In this document: in pieces, positions 1 through 9,382 of the stretch
Layout: the number at the start of each line of letters is the position of its first letter
How positions within the stretch are numbered: the first letter of the stretch is position 1
Assembly: GCA_050246755.1 (NCBI GenBank)
Contig: JBFWVL010000001.1
Coordinates: forward strand, 1,632,001 to 1,696,000
From: Bacteriovoracia bacterium
GTDB taxonomy: Bacteria; Bdellovibrionota; UBA1018; CAIPTA01
Direction of reading: 5' to 3'
DNA: 64,000 bases
Notes under the pieces: model-generated
The model's input: the letters and a program-made list of their open reading frames with translations, nothing else
The model's database searches: none
What the model was told of the DNA's origin: nothing
Translations under genes and position numbers: made by a program

Positions 1-254
1 CCAAGCAAGTAGGATTTCAACTGGAAGAGTTGCCGACTCTGTTGAAACCCCGTGAAGGTGCGATCGTGATCAACCGAAATGCCCTAAAAGAAAAGTCCCT
101 TGAGATCGAAAGAAGAATTAGGCGACTGGAAGCCGCTCGCCAAGGCTTGCTTCACGCTTCCCTGTGCAAGGCGCCCAGCCATATGGAGTGCCCCAAGTTT
201 CAGCGTCTGCTGGCTCATGCGACTAAGAAGCAGGTTAAGCGCCAGAAAAAATAG
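1..254 (+). CDS. MerR-family transcriptional regulator, 5'-truncated by the window edge
   Basis: Frame open from the edge reads KQVGFQLEELPTLL (MerR helix motif GFsLeEI), then a coiled-coil and a CKAPSHMECP Cys loop. Confidence 0.75.
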   Translation, partial: KQVGFQLEELPTLLKPREGAIVINRNALKEKSLEIERRIRRLEAARQGLLHASLCKAPSHMECPKFQRLLAHATKKQVKRQKK

Positions 255-460
255 CACAACCTCCGTGGCGTAAATAATGTCCTTGTAATGGATTGGCTAG
301 GAGCATTACCTTTTCTGGACATTTATTTCGCACTCAAATGGGATAAGAACTGGTTCGGCGTGTTCAAAATTGGAAACGCCATTTTTTCTTTCTTATATTT
401 TTTCGCGAAAAATCTAATAAATTCCTCCCGTTGCAGGTTCGAATATAGTAAAAGTTATTT

Positions 461-982
461 ATGAATAGTCTTTTAGTGCTCGTTATCTTGCTTTCGCCGC
501 TAGTTTCTAGTGGCGCAAATTTTCAGAAAGAAATCGATAAATCTTTTCCTGAGCACGTTCTGCTTAAAAAAGGCGAGTTTAGTTCTGATTGCACGCAGAA
601 AGATCCGGGATTGATTGCTGGCGATTTTGATGGTGACAAGCGCTCAGATTTTGCAGCAATCATTCGCGCCAAAGAAAAGAAACGCTATGAAGCGGGCGTA
701 AATTCCTATCACTATTATGATGGCAAACTCGTCGTTTGCTATAGCCAGAAAAAGAGCGGCTACAAGTGCAGTTCCATTTCTAATTCTATGGTAACGATTC
801 CGGAGAACTCTTGCCTTGAAGTCATTAAGCCAGGAGAAGCTGGGTGCATTCAAGATGATGGAACGAAGAAGTCTAAAGATATAAAATTCGATAGCGTTGG
901 CCTCATCTTTCCTGAAAGGGCTGCCAGCCAATATATCCGCCAGCCCGATGGCTCCTTTCAAAATTGCGTGATTGGAGATTAG
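461..982 (+). CDS. Secreted hypothetical protein with one FG-GAP-like DFDGDKRSD motif
   Basis: 173-aa ORF, hydrophobic signal peptide, several Cys, AT-rich codon usage. Confidence 0.7.
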   Translation: MNSLLVLVILLSPLVSSGANFQKEIDKSFPEHVLLKKGEFSSDCTQKDPGLIAGDFDGDKRSDFAAIIRAKEKKRYEAGVNSYHYYDGKLVVCYSQKKSGYKCSSISNSMVTIPENSCLEVIKPGEAGCIQDDGTKKSKDIKFDSVGLIFPERAASQYIRQPDGSFQNCVIGD

Positions 983-986
983 GATT

Positions 987-1003
987 CCCTAGGGGATTCG
1001 AAC
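987..1003 (-). mobile_element. tRNA-Glu T-arm remnant (putative att-site scar)
   Basis: Reverse complement GTTCGAATCCCCTAGGG matches the T-loop/T-stem and start of the acceptor stem of bacterial tRNA-Glu; the rest of the tRNA is absent. Confidence 0.55.
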
Positions 1004-1023
1004 TGGCCGGAATTTTGTAAAGC

Positions 1024-1147
1024 GGAGAACAAAACGCGCCGAGTTGATGCCGAATGTTCTCCATTTCTGGCCCAGAAACTGTTCTCTACAAAAATCTAAA
1101 TCATCGGCATTTCAAGGGTTTGGAAGGGAGTTACACTGGAGAACAAA
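1024..1147. repeat. Four GAGAACA repeats (two direct, two inverted), integrase arm-site-like
   Basis: GGAGAACAAA 1024-1033, TGTTCTCCA 1055-1063, TGTTCTCT 1080-1087, TGGAGAACAAA 1137-1147. Confidence 0.6.
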
Positions 1148-1209
1148 GTTTCGAATTTCTTCGAGATAAGGACGCCATTTTTTTCTTATTCACATCTTAA
1201 AATGAAAAA

Positions 1210-1239
1210 CCTTGTCCGATTCGGACAAGGCAGACAAGG
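1210..1239. repeat. Perfect palindrome CCTTGTCCGA-T-TCGGACAAGG plus an extra GACAAGG
   Basis: 10-bp arms with 1-nt spacer at 1210-1230; further GACAAGG at 1233-1239. Confidence 0.7.
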
Positions 1240-1531
1240 TGTTTTCCTAAAGTTTTGCGGCAAAGATTTCGATGAAGCCTCCTGTCGGGAGATCTATGGG
1301 TTACTGCGTTCGTGAGCTAAAAAGAAACCCCCTAACTGGAAGGTGCAGTTCCTTTCCTACAAGAAGAAGCATGCGAAAGTTTACGGTCGAAGTTCCGGAA
1401 GTATTTAAGCGGGAATTCGAACTGAAATATGTTTCTGGTCGCTTTCGTGATCCAGGATGGAAGAAAAGGATTTTTAGATTTGATGCTAGGCTAGCGGCAG
1501 GATTTTGTGCATATCAGTCAATGGATGGAGC

Positions 1532-2632
1532 CTAGTTCGCGCTATTTACGATTTTATCGTGAGCAAATTTGGTTAGAATCGATTGGAACTGGGCGCTTAC
1601 GGGGCCGACGGTTAAATCCAGAACGGACTGGGCTTTTGGCGGTTTGGGTGCAGAAAAGCCATGCCCCACGCCTGGCACAATAGAAATCTCGCAATTTGTC
1701 TTGCCGACAGATCGACATGCAGAACCTAGGGCCAATGCCTCTCGAGCCGGAGTTTGCATGTCTAGCTCCCCATTGAAAACATAAACGTCTTGCTTGAGTG
1801 ATGCGGCCTTAGAGTTAATTTCTCCTCGCCTAAATATTCCATCCGCATAAAGTGGGGAATTTTCCAGCTTGGCGAAAATGCTTTTGAGTTTTTCGTCGTT
1901 GAGAAGGGCTGCTTCAATTTCACTGTAGGATACGAGTTGATTATCGCTTTTCCAGTTCCAACGAAACTCTGGCCATGCAAGGGCCTCATCATGGCTGACG
2001 AAACCATCTTTATTGGCATCTACGTCCGTTGCGATAAAAAACTCGATATCCCTGTGAAAAAGTTGCCAGTCCAGGATGGTGGCCAGGTCTACTCCTAGGT
2101 ACCCCAGTAAGATAATTCCTTTCACACGAGAGTCCATGGCAGCGTAGTCTACCGCAACTTGTGTTCCTTCGGAGTGGCCTAATAAATAGATTTTATCTGG
2201 GTCTACGCCGGGTTGTGCAAGGGCGAAGTCAACGGCGGCTTTCACATTTGCCAGTAAATCGCGCCAATGTAGTGCTTGATACATGGATTTGTCGTAGAGC
2301 CACTTTTCACTATCCCAGCCGGAAAAAAATTCAACACCAGGCTTCCCGAGCGCAATGGTATTTACTCCGGCTTGTGTAAGCGCATCAGTAAATTGTGCGA
2401 ATAAGCTATGATCTCTTCCGTCCAGAGTTATGCTTGAGGGCATCATTTCCTCTGGTCCGTTCGCACCTGATCCGGGAATCAAAATGATTGTGGGACGCTT
2501 TTCATTTTCAAAGATTTTAACAATAGCCCGCGAATGGAATGGACCAATTTCTGTTTTAGTTGCTGTCGCTGAGTGGGCTGATGCAGCGGTAACCAAAAAT
2601 CCTAGTAAAAGTAAAGGAAGTACCTTTCGCAT
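1532..2632 (-). CDS. Secreted alpha/beta hydrolase
   Basis: Signal peptide; IPGSG oxyanion region, GHSEG nucleophile elbow, GELD acid, GHGF His. Confidence 0.9.
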   Translation of the reverse strand: MRKVLPLLLLGFLVTAASAHSATATKTEIGPFHSRAIVKIFENEKRPTIILIPGSGANGPEEMMPSSITLDGRDHSLFAQFTDALTQAGVNTIALGKPGVEFFSGWDSEKWLYDKSMYQALHWRDLLANVKAAVDFALAQPGVDPDKIYLLGHSEGTQVAVDYAAMDSRVKGIILLGYLGVDLATILDWQLFHRDIEFFIATDVDANKDGFVSHDEALAWPEFRWNWKSDNQLVSYSEIEAALLNDEKLKSIFAKLENSPLYADGIFRRGEINSKAASLKQDVYVFNGELDMQTPAREALALGSACRSVGKTNCEISIVPGVGHGFSAPKPPKAQSVLDLTVGPVSAQFQSILTKFAHDKIVNSAN

Positions 2633-3115
2633 TAGGGACTTATACCGCGCGTGGCCCGGCGCGTCAACTTCGTTCTGCTTTTAGATCCTGCGGGCTTCTT
2701 ATTCGCTGTAGGAGGACAGAGTTTCTCTGGGAGGATGCCGGCGGCTTACCTTTCTACCTAGCGCAAGATATGAAAAGTGCGGGCCTTTTTAGACTATAAG
2801 ATTTACGGGCGTTTGGATGGGTTCGACGATTGAAACATCACGAACGCCATTTTTATAATATCGGTATCCACGGATACGAGTTAACTGGTATCCCGGTTCT
2901 GATATGTAAGTTCACCTACTCAAAATTTATTTACCTTAATCATGGCCTTCAGCAAGTCGCACAGCCAAGCGCCGCGCATTTCACTACCTACCGCGAGGGC
3001 CTCATTTGGCAGTCATTTTTCACTAATGGCGAGTTCGAATAAGCAGGGCTATCAACTTGTAGATTATGCGAAATAGAACGCGGCTAACTATCATTGCGTC
3101 GTAATGAGTATTTAA

Positions 3116-3580
3116 ATGCAGCGATCTCTTGCCCCGATGGAAGATGCCTTTTACGCTTCGTGGATGCGGTTAAAAAAATTGAAAAAACCAAAGAACAAAA
3201 ATTCTAGGGCCCTCAAGCCCGGTGGGGTCGCCGAATACATCGCGGCATGCCCGAAAGAATCGCGGGCCAAGCTCAAGGATATAAGATCGGCCATTCGGGA
3301 AGTGGTCTGTGACGCCGTTGAAACGGTTAGTTACTTCGATATGCCTGGTTACTCCTATGACGGCTACGTTTATAACGGCATGTTCGCCTGGTTTAGCTTT
3401 AAGAAGCCCTTTGTGCGCCTGCATGTTCGTCCCCAAGCGCTAATAAAGTATAAAAAGGGCCTTGAGGGCTTCACCACCACTAGAGCGATCATCAGTTTCC
3501 CCGTGGATAAACCGATTCCCAAGGCACTGGTAAAAAAGCTAGTTCGGGCAAGTTTAAAAGACATGATTGATGCCAGCTGA
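3116..3580 (+). CDS. DUF1801/YdhG-like protein (start uncertain)
   Basis: VAEYIAA..P...R..L..IR..I, E.VSYFDMPGY and FPVDKPIP motifs. Confidence 0.8.
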   Translation: MQRSLAPMEDAFYASWMRLKKLKKPKNKNSRALKPGGVAEYIAACPKESRAKLKDIRSAIREVVCDAVETVSYFDMPGYSYDGYVYNGMFAWFSFKKPFVRLHVRPQALIKYKKGLEGFTTTRAIISFPVDKPIPKALVKKLVRASLKDMIDAS

Positions 3581-3700
3581 TTCCGAGTCTAGTGGCTTCG
3601 CCGCGTCGGAAGAATAAGCATGATTTCTCCAGCGCTCGCTTTTTGTGACGAGCGAAGATATGATCATTCATATTTTTGTTTATTAAGCTCCGGGGATCCT

Positions 3701-5008
3701 ATGAGTGACTGCGCCTACTGCGATAAGCCGTACGAAAAAAACAGGACGAGAGAGCACGTTATTCCGAGCTGGTACCTAAAAGAGGACGGAATTTCCTTTA
3801 ATGAGCGCAGCCGGAATAAGGTCAGCAATGATGAGATCGTTATCCGTGACGTTTGCGCCGGCTGTAATAATGGGCCGCTATCGCGTCTCGATGCGTATGG
3901 GAAAAGTCTTTACCTTCAATATTTCCAGAATTTTGTTTTTGCCGAAGAGCAGGTGGCCCTTAAGTACGACTATCAGGAATTGGTGAAGTGGCTGCTGAAA
4001 ATTTCCTATAATTCGGCGCGCGCCAATAACTCTGACCCAGAAATCTTAGGCCAATATCGTTCGTATCTTATAGGCGACGCCGCCCTTCCAAATGGCGTCA
4101 TGCTCTTTCTAAGCATGATTGCTCCTTCGGTGGATGATCCAGAAGCGGGAATTCGGGCCGCGAATAGGCTTGAGCCCGATAGTCATAAGCCCGATATTTT
4201 CCGCGTGGGGGTGGGAAGTTTCCCGGGGATCGACGGCATTTATTGGGTAAATCGCGTGGTTAGCATCGGTTCTTTCCGGTTCCTGCTATTCGTGCCCGAT
4301 TTGGTGCAGGCGAATATAGCCACCGAAACCGCGCAAGTGCTGAACGCATTGAGGGCGCTGCCTTCTTCTCCGGTTCGGCTCACCGACAAGAATGAAGTGA
4401 TTTCACCCAAGCCCTATACCGACTTCGCCTCGGATTTCTCGACTCACATGTTTCAGAATCCGGTGGCGGTCAAGCGGCACCTGGGGGCGTATAGCGAAGA
4501 TCCCGAAGAGGCGGAAGCGGAAAAAGCGTTGGAGCAGCTTCACGCCCAAAAGGCGGATATCTTTACGGTTGTAATCGATCGCATGGAAATCGAGTCGGGA
4601 GACATAACGGCGACCTACCAGTATTTAACGAGCTTTATTAGCAATCGTGAGGGCGTTTTAAAGTATTTTGGCAAAGTGGAAGTCACGGTATTTGGTTACG
4701 ACGATGATCCGAGAGAGCTGTATCAGATAGCCGAGGTCCGCAAATTCTTGAAAGAGCTGGATGCCAAATTTCCCTACTGGTTGGCTCTCCAGTCCGATAA
4801 GGGAATGTGGATCAAGGTTCTTTTTGCCTGCTTAAATAAAACGGAACGTATCGGCGGGAAAGTTCACTGGGAAAAAGAGGACGACACGTTGATTCCGCGG
4901 TGGTTCATGGGATTAAATGAGGTGACCCATCGCTTTGCGCTGCCGATAAATAAAAATCGCGCCCAGTCAGATTTGGTGAAAAAATTAATTTTCGATCATT
5001 TTCAGTAG
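3701..5008 (+). CDS. HNH-type Zn-finger nuclease domain fused to a C-terminal DUF1817/CRR6-like domain
   Basis: N-terminal CAYC...REHVIP...CAGCNN; C-terminal GYDDDPRELYQIAEVRKF..LD..FPYW; ATG 3701 follows GGGGA. Confidence 0.7.
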   Translation: MSDCAYCDKPYEKNRTREHVIPSWYLKEDGISFNERSRNKVSNDEIVIRDVCAGCNNGPLSRLDAYGKSLYLQYFQNFVFAEEQVALKYDYQELVKWLLKISYNSARANNSDPEILGQYRSYLIGDAALPNGVMLFLSMIAPSVDDPEAGIRAANRLEPDSHKPDIFRVGVGSFPGIDGIYWVNRVVSIGSFRFLLFVPDLVQANIATETAQVLNALRALPSSPVRLTDKNEVISPKPYTDFASDFSTHMFQNPVAVKRHLGAYSEDPEEAEAEKALEQLHAQKADIFTVVIDRMEIESGDITATYQYLTSFISNREGVLKYFGKVEVTVFGYDDDPRELYQIAEVRKFLKELDAKFPYWLALQSDKGMWIKVLFACLNKTERIGGKVHWEKEDDTLIPRWFMGLNEVTHRFALPINKNRAQSDLVKKLIFDHFQ

Positions 5009-5080
5009 GGCAAATAATGGAGCGCCCGTACTAGACTCCCGCGCTTATATTCCTTAAACTTTCTCCTAGGGAGTTAAGCC

Positions 5081-5452
5081 ATGAATATTCTCTTGTGGGT
5101 TCTTCAAGTTCTTCTTGCCCTGCACACGGCGATCGGCGCGGTATGGAAGTTTTCTCATTCCGCCGAACAAACGATGCCTTCGCTGAAGGCGATTTCCGGC
5201 GGCGCCTGGTTCGTGCTAACCGTTTTTGAAATAGTTTGCGCCCTGTGCCTGGTCGTTCCCGCCGCCCATAGGCCGCTTGCTCCTTTGGCTTCGATCGCGG
5301 CCTTGCTTATCGCCGCCGAAATGCTCCTCTTCTGCGGGCTGCATATTTCTGCCGGCGCCGCGACCAAGGGCCCCACGGTGTATTGGCTAGTGGTGGCGGC
5401 TTTATGCGGATTTATCGCCTATGGCCGATACGTGATGAGTCCGCTCTCGTAA
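5081..5452 (+). CDS. DoxX-like membrane protein
   Basis: MNILLWVLQVLLAL start, four TM helices, RBS GGAG. Confidence 0.8.
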   Translation: MNILLWVLQVLLALHTAIGAVWKFSHSAEQTMPSLKAISGGAWFVLTVFEIVCALCLVVPAAHRPLAPLASIAALLIAAEMLLFCGLHISAGAATKGPTVYWLVVAALCGFIAYGRYVMSPLS

Positions 5453-5464
5453 GCCAAATCAGTT

Positions 5465-6004
5465 ATGCCCAATGAAATCTTAGAATTTTGGTTCTCGCCC
5501 CGCGTAAGCAAGCTCTGGTTCAATTCCACGCCGGAGTTCGACAAAGAGCTGAAGGATCGCTTTGAGCCGCTCTTAAGGCGCGCGATTGCGGGAGAATTGA
5601 GCGATTGGAAAAATTCGGCCGCGGGAGCTCTCGCCCTCGCGATCGTGCTCGATCAGTTTCCGCTCAATATGTTTCGCGGAAAAGCGGAGAGCTATGCCAC
5701 CGGACACCTCGCCGTGGCCGTGGCCAAGGACGCGATTGCGCACGGCTTCGATTCCACCTTGCCGAAATCGCAGCTGGCTTTTCTCTATATGCCGCTGCTG
5801 CACAGTGAGAGCATGGCCGATCAGAACCAAAGCGTGGAGCTTTTCGAAAAGGCCGAGCTGAAAGGAAATATCGCCTTCGCCAAGCACCACCGCGAGATCG
5901 TGCGCCGGTTTGGGCGATTCCCTCACCGTAACCAGGCGCTTGGCCGGGTGAGCACCCCCGAAGAAACGGCTTACCTTGCTTCCAAAGAGGGCTTTCAAGG
6001 GTAA
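5465..6004 (+). CDS. DUF924 family protein
   Basis: LDQFPLNMFR, LHSE and RFGRFPHRN.ALGR.ST.EE signature. Confidence 0.92.
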   Translation: MPNEILEFWFSPRVSKLWFNSTPEFDKELKDRFEPLLRRAIAGELSDWKNSAAGALALAIVLDQFPLNMFRGKAESYATGHLAVAVAKDAIAHGFDSTLPKSQLAFLYMPLLHSESMADQNQSVELFEKAELKGNIAFAKHHREIVRRFGRFPHRNQALGRVSTPEETAYLASKEGFQG

Positions 6005-6045
6005 GCGTCTTGCCATCTTGCCTGGAGTAGAAGCAAAATGGCCGG

Positions 6046-7542
6046 ATGGAAACCTCCGCACGCTGGCTCAATCCCTTATTAGTAACGGCTTTCTTATTTA
6101 CGCTTCTCTACTCGCTGTGGTGCGCCACCGTGGGCTGGGGTACCCCGATCGTGCAGCAATATGAGTTCGTGCAGGCGAAAGCGGCCATTACTACTTACTA
6201 TATCGCGCAGGGCGGGCCGATCCTTCGCTACGAGCTTCCGGTGATGGGGCCGCCCTGGTCGGTGCCGTACGAGTTTCCCTTCTACCAAGTGGCGTCGGCC
6301 TGGACGCATAACCTCACGGGAATGCCGCTCGAGGCGGCCGGCCGGATCGTGGCCAAGATTTTTTTCTACCTCTCTTGCATTCCTTTATTCCTAATCGCCA
6401 GGGTGCTTGGATTTACGGGAAGAACGCCGCTGGTCCCCGTCACGCTCTTTCTGGCCAGCCCTATTTACTTGTACTGGTCGCGGCAGTTCATGAATGAGTC
6501 CACGGCCACGTTTTTTGGGTTGGCGTACTTGGCCGCCGCCATGCTTTGGGCGAAGAACCCAGGGAATGGAAAATGGTTGTTGGCTTTAGTTTTTGGAGTG
6601 GCGGCCGCGCTGGCAAAGTCCACCACTTACTCCACCTTCGGGCTGACCGCGGGTATTTTTCTTAGCTACGAGCTCTTCCGCGGGAGGTCTATTTCTTTCG
6701 CCGCCGTGATGAGGGCGCTCACGATCCTCGTTGTTCCCCTGGTAGCCGGGTTGCTATGGGTCCGCTATACCGACGGGGTGAAGCTGTTGAATCCTTTGGC
6801 GGCCGACACTCATACCTCCGCCGCGCTTTCGCAGTGGTATTTGTCGAGCAACTGGGTGGAGCGGATGTCGGGGAATCTTTGGTATCATTTTTTCCGCATC
6901 ACTCTCCACGACGCCATCGGGCACCGTGCCGTATGGATTCTTTCTCTGTTCGTGGCGGCTTACTTGGGAAAGCGGGCGTGGCTCTATTGGCTATGCTCCT
7001 GCTTGTTCCTAGTGGCACCCTTGCTTTTCACCCACGCTCATCTATTGCACGACTACTACGCCAATGCGAACGCGGTGTTTCTGGTTTTCGCGGCCGCGGT
7101 GTTGGTGGAGCGTGCGATCGCCTCGGAAAAAAAGTGGGGCGTTTGGCTGGGCGCGGTTTTTTTCGTTTTGGTGATTGGTTACGAAGTGCGGGATTTCATG
7201 GGTAAGGGGTATCTTCAGCAGCAAGAGCGGAGAATGCCGCAGATTGATTTTGCGAAGAAGCTCCAGGGCATCGTGGCTCCGGGCGACGTGATGCTGATGT
7301 ACGGGGAGGACTGGTGCCCCGTGATTCCTTATTACGCCGAGCGCCGGGCGATCATGATGCAGAATTCTACTTGGTATAATCCGCGATTGGCGGAGAGCTT
7401 GGCTTTGCTGAAGCAGGAGGGGAAGAAGGTGAGCGTCACCGTTCTTTGCCACGAGGCCCGAACGGACGAAGTGCTCAAGAGCCGGATTTTCCTCGGTCCC
7501 TTGCTGTTGCGGGATACCTGCGACGTCTACGCCTATCGCTAG
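6046..7542 (+). CDS. GT-C fold membrane glycosyltransferase (ArnT/PMT-like)
   Basis: Multi-TM; LPVMGPPWSVPYEFPFYQ loop, YWSR..MNES, HDYY. Confidence 0.75.
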   Translation: METSARWLNPLLVTAFLFTLLYSLWCATVGWGTPIVQQYEFVQAKAAITTYYIAQGGPILRYELPVMGPPWSVPYEFPFYQVASAWTHNLTGMPLEAAGRIVAKIFFYLSCIPLFLIARVLGFTGRTPLVPVTLFLASPIYLYWSRQFMNESTATFFGLAYLAAAMLWAKNPGNGKWLLALVFGVAAALAKSTTYSTFGLTAGIFLSYELFRGRSISFAAVMRALTILVVPLVAGLLWVRYTDGVKLLNPLAADTHTSAALSQWYLSSNWVERMSGNLWYHFFRITLHDAIGHRAVWILSLFVAAYLGKRAWLYWLCSCLFLVAPLLFTHAHLLHDYYANANAVFLVFAAAVLVERAIASEKKWGVWLGAVFFVLVIGYEVRDFMGKGYLQQQERRMPQIDFAKKLQGIVAPGDVMLMYGEDWCPVIPYYAERRAIMMQNSTWYNPRLAESLALLKQEGKKVSVTVLCHEARTDEVLKSRIFLGPLLLRDTCDVYAYR

Positions 7543-8225
7543 AAGAGCATGAAGCTCAGGCCGGCGTAGTATTGCTTGAAGCTGCCGTCGGCTCTTTTCC
7601 CGCTGCTTTCGCTGGCGGAATAAGTAAGGCTACGCATTTCGAGAGAAAGAATGAAGGGATTCTTCAGCACGAAGGAAACGCCGGTGCCCCAGCCATCGCC
7701 ATTGGAGGCGGCGTCGCCGTTCATGTGGGCTTTAAAATATTTCGTATAGTAAGCTTGCAGCGGAGTATAGGGAACATCAATTCCGACTACTGCGCCGAGC
7801 ATGGAATTTTTACTCTTCACGCTTTGGCGACTAAAAGTATTGGTCGGTCCCTCTACCAGCGTGTCGCGGCTGATGGACTGAATGGTATAGTCTATGCCTA
7901 CGCGTAACGAGCTCATGATCAGTAGGCCGCCGCGTCCGCCGTAGTAGAATCCCTGCACGTCGAGATCGCCGGCGGTGGTGGTGGCTCCGCCCGGAGCGGT
8001 TCTTTTTTGTTCGCTGCTGCCTGAAGCGTAGCCCGCGTAGGGCTGCATCCAGATATACACTAAGATGCTCTTCATTTTCTCTTTGGCGGGTCCGATCAAG
8101 GGTTCCGAGAGATCGCCGAGAAGATCGATTCCGAAGGCGTGGGCTTTAACGGGAATGAGGAGCGAAGAGAAGAGAAAGCAAAACAAAAATAGGGCGGTCT
8201 TTGAAGCTCTGTAAACATCGTCCAT
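7539..8225 (-). CDS. Outer-membrane beta-barrel protein
   Basis: Signal peptide, alternating beta strands, C-terminal YYAGLSFMLF. Confidence 0.7.
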   Translation of the reverse strand: MDDVYRASKTALFLFCFLFSSLLIPVKAHAFGIDLLGDLSEPLIGPAKEKMKSILVYIWMQPYAGYASGSSEQKRTAPGGATTTAGDLDVQGFYYGGRGGLLIMSSLRVGIDYTIQSISRDTLVEGPTNTFSRQSVKSKNSMLGAVVGIDVPYTPLQAYYTKYFKAHMNGDAASNGDGWGTGVSFVLKNPFILSLEMRSLTYSASESSGKRADGSFKQYYAGLSFMLF

Positions 8226-8527
8226 GACGTCTCGCTCTCTTGTCTGAAATTTATCGATTGGGATTTGCCCGAATGGCAAAAGCGCCCACAGCTATATTGT
8301 ACTTTGCTTTGAATTCCTTTTTAAAGGGGAAATGTGGGGGCCTGCCACAGCAAGAGGTAAGTGGCTGATTTTAGGGAGGGTGGGGAAGAAGAAAGTCGGT
8401 GCCAGGTTTTTCTTTGACCTAATTTTTAGACCGTGATTTTCGACGTAAAAATATCGCCTGCCGCCGCGGAGCGTTGGGCGGAGTCGGGCTGGTTTTTATC
8501 CCATTGGCGATGGTAAACAACTAAGCA

Positions 8528-9382
8528 ATGGCCATGCATAGTAAGGAAAGTGCCGGAAGGGTAGCGCCGCTTAGCGATTACCTGGATTCCTCGCGCGAGG
8601 ATTTGATTGCGTTCGTGGAGCGGTCACTCGGTGAAATGATTCGGGTGCACGATAGTGACGTCGCCGTAGAAGAGCTGGAGCACCAACTCTCGCAGCGCGA
8701 GAGTTTTTTCTCTCTCGTCAGCCATGACCTGCGTGGTCCGCTTACCACCGCGAAAATTTGTTCTGAATTGCTGAGCTGTTCGCCCGAGATGCCCGAAAAT
8801 CTCCAGGCGCTCGCGCGGCGGATTACGCTCGCGGTAGATCGGGCCAACGGAATGATCGGTGATTTTCTGGATGCGCGCCGCTTAGAGAGCGGAATGGCGG
8901 TGCCGGTGCAGCTTGCGAGCTGCGATCTCCACGAGGTATTGCAGCCCGCAATCGAAGAGATGAATCTCATTCATCGCGGACGCTGCCGCTATCGTGGCCA
9001 GGCCGGAACAGTCGGTATTTGGGATCGCGTGGCGCTTCGCCGTGCCGTGGATAATCTTGTGAATAATGCCCTAAAATACGGTGCCGCCGATGGAGAAGTG
9101 TCGGTTTCAGTAGAGGACCTTGGCGGCAGCGTGAGCATTTCGGTGCATAATGCCGGCAACCCCATTCCCGCCGTAGACCTCGATACTTTGTTTACCTGGA
9201 ACCGCCGCACGGAATCTGCGCTACAGAGCGGACAGACGGGCTGGGGCTTGGGCCTGGTGCTGGTGAAGGGAGTGGCCGAAGCGCACGGGGGTTCCGTAAA
9301 GGCCGAAAGTTCCGCGGAGAGTGGAACCACGTTTAGTATTTTCCTGCCTAAGCACGCGGCAACTCCGCGGTCCGTTCATTAG
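8528..9382 (+). CDS. Cytoplasmic sensor histidine kinase (HisKA + HATPase)
   Basis: SHDLRGPL H-box, NLVNNALKY N-box, GWGLGL G2-box. Confidence 0.93.
   Translation: MAMHSKESAGRVAPLSDYLDSSREDLIAFVERSLGEMIRVHDSDVAVEELEHQLSQRESFFSLVSHDLRGPLTTAKICSELLSCSPEMPENLQALARRITLAVDRANGMIGDFLDARRLESGMAVPVQLASCDLHEVLQPAIEEMNLIHRGRCRYRGQAGTVGIWDRVALRRAVDNLVNNALKYGAADGEVSVSVEDLGGSVSISVHNAGNPIPAVDLDTLFTWNRRTESALQSGQTGWGLGLVLVKGVAEAHGGSVKAESSAESGTTFSIFLPKHAATPRSVH

Noticed and set aside
987-1003. Complete tRNA gene
   Set aside because: Only the T-arm fragment is present; no D-arm, anticodon arm or CCA end
1272-1535. 87-aa ORF as an intact gene
   Set aside because: No recognisable motif; better explained as a degraded remnant
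3585-5038. 9-bp inverted repeat (GAGTCTAGT / ACTAGACTC) flanking the HNH fusion gene as IS ends
   Set aside because: Does not extend beyond 9 bp, no target duplication and no transposase; may be chance
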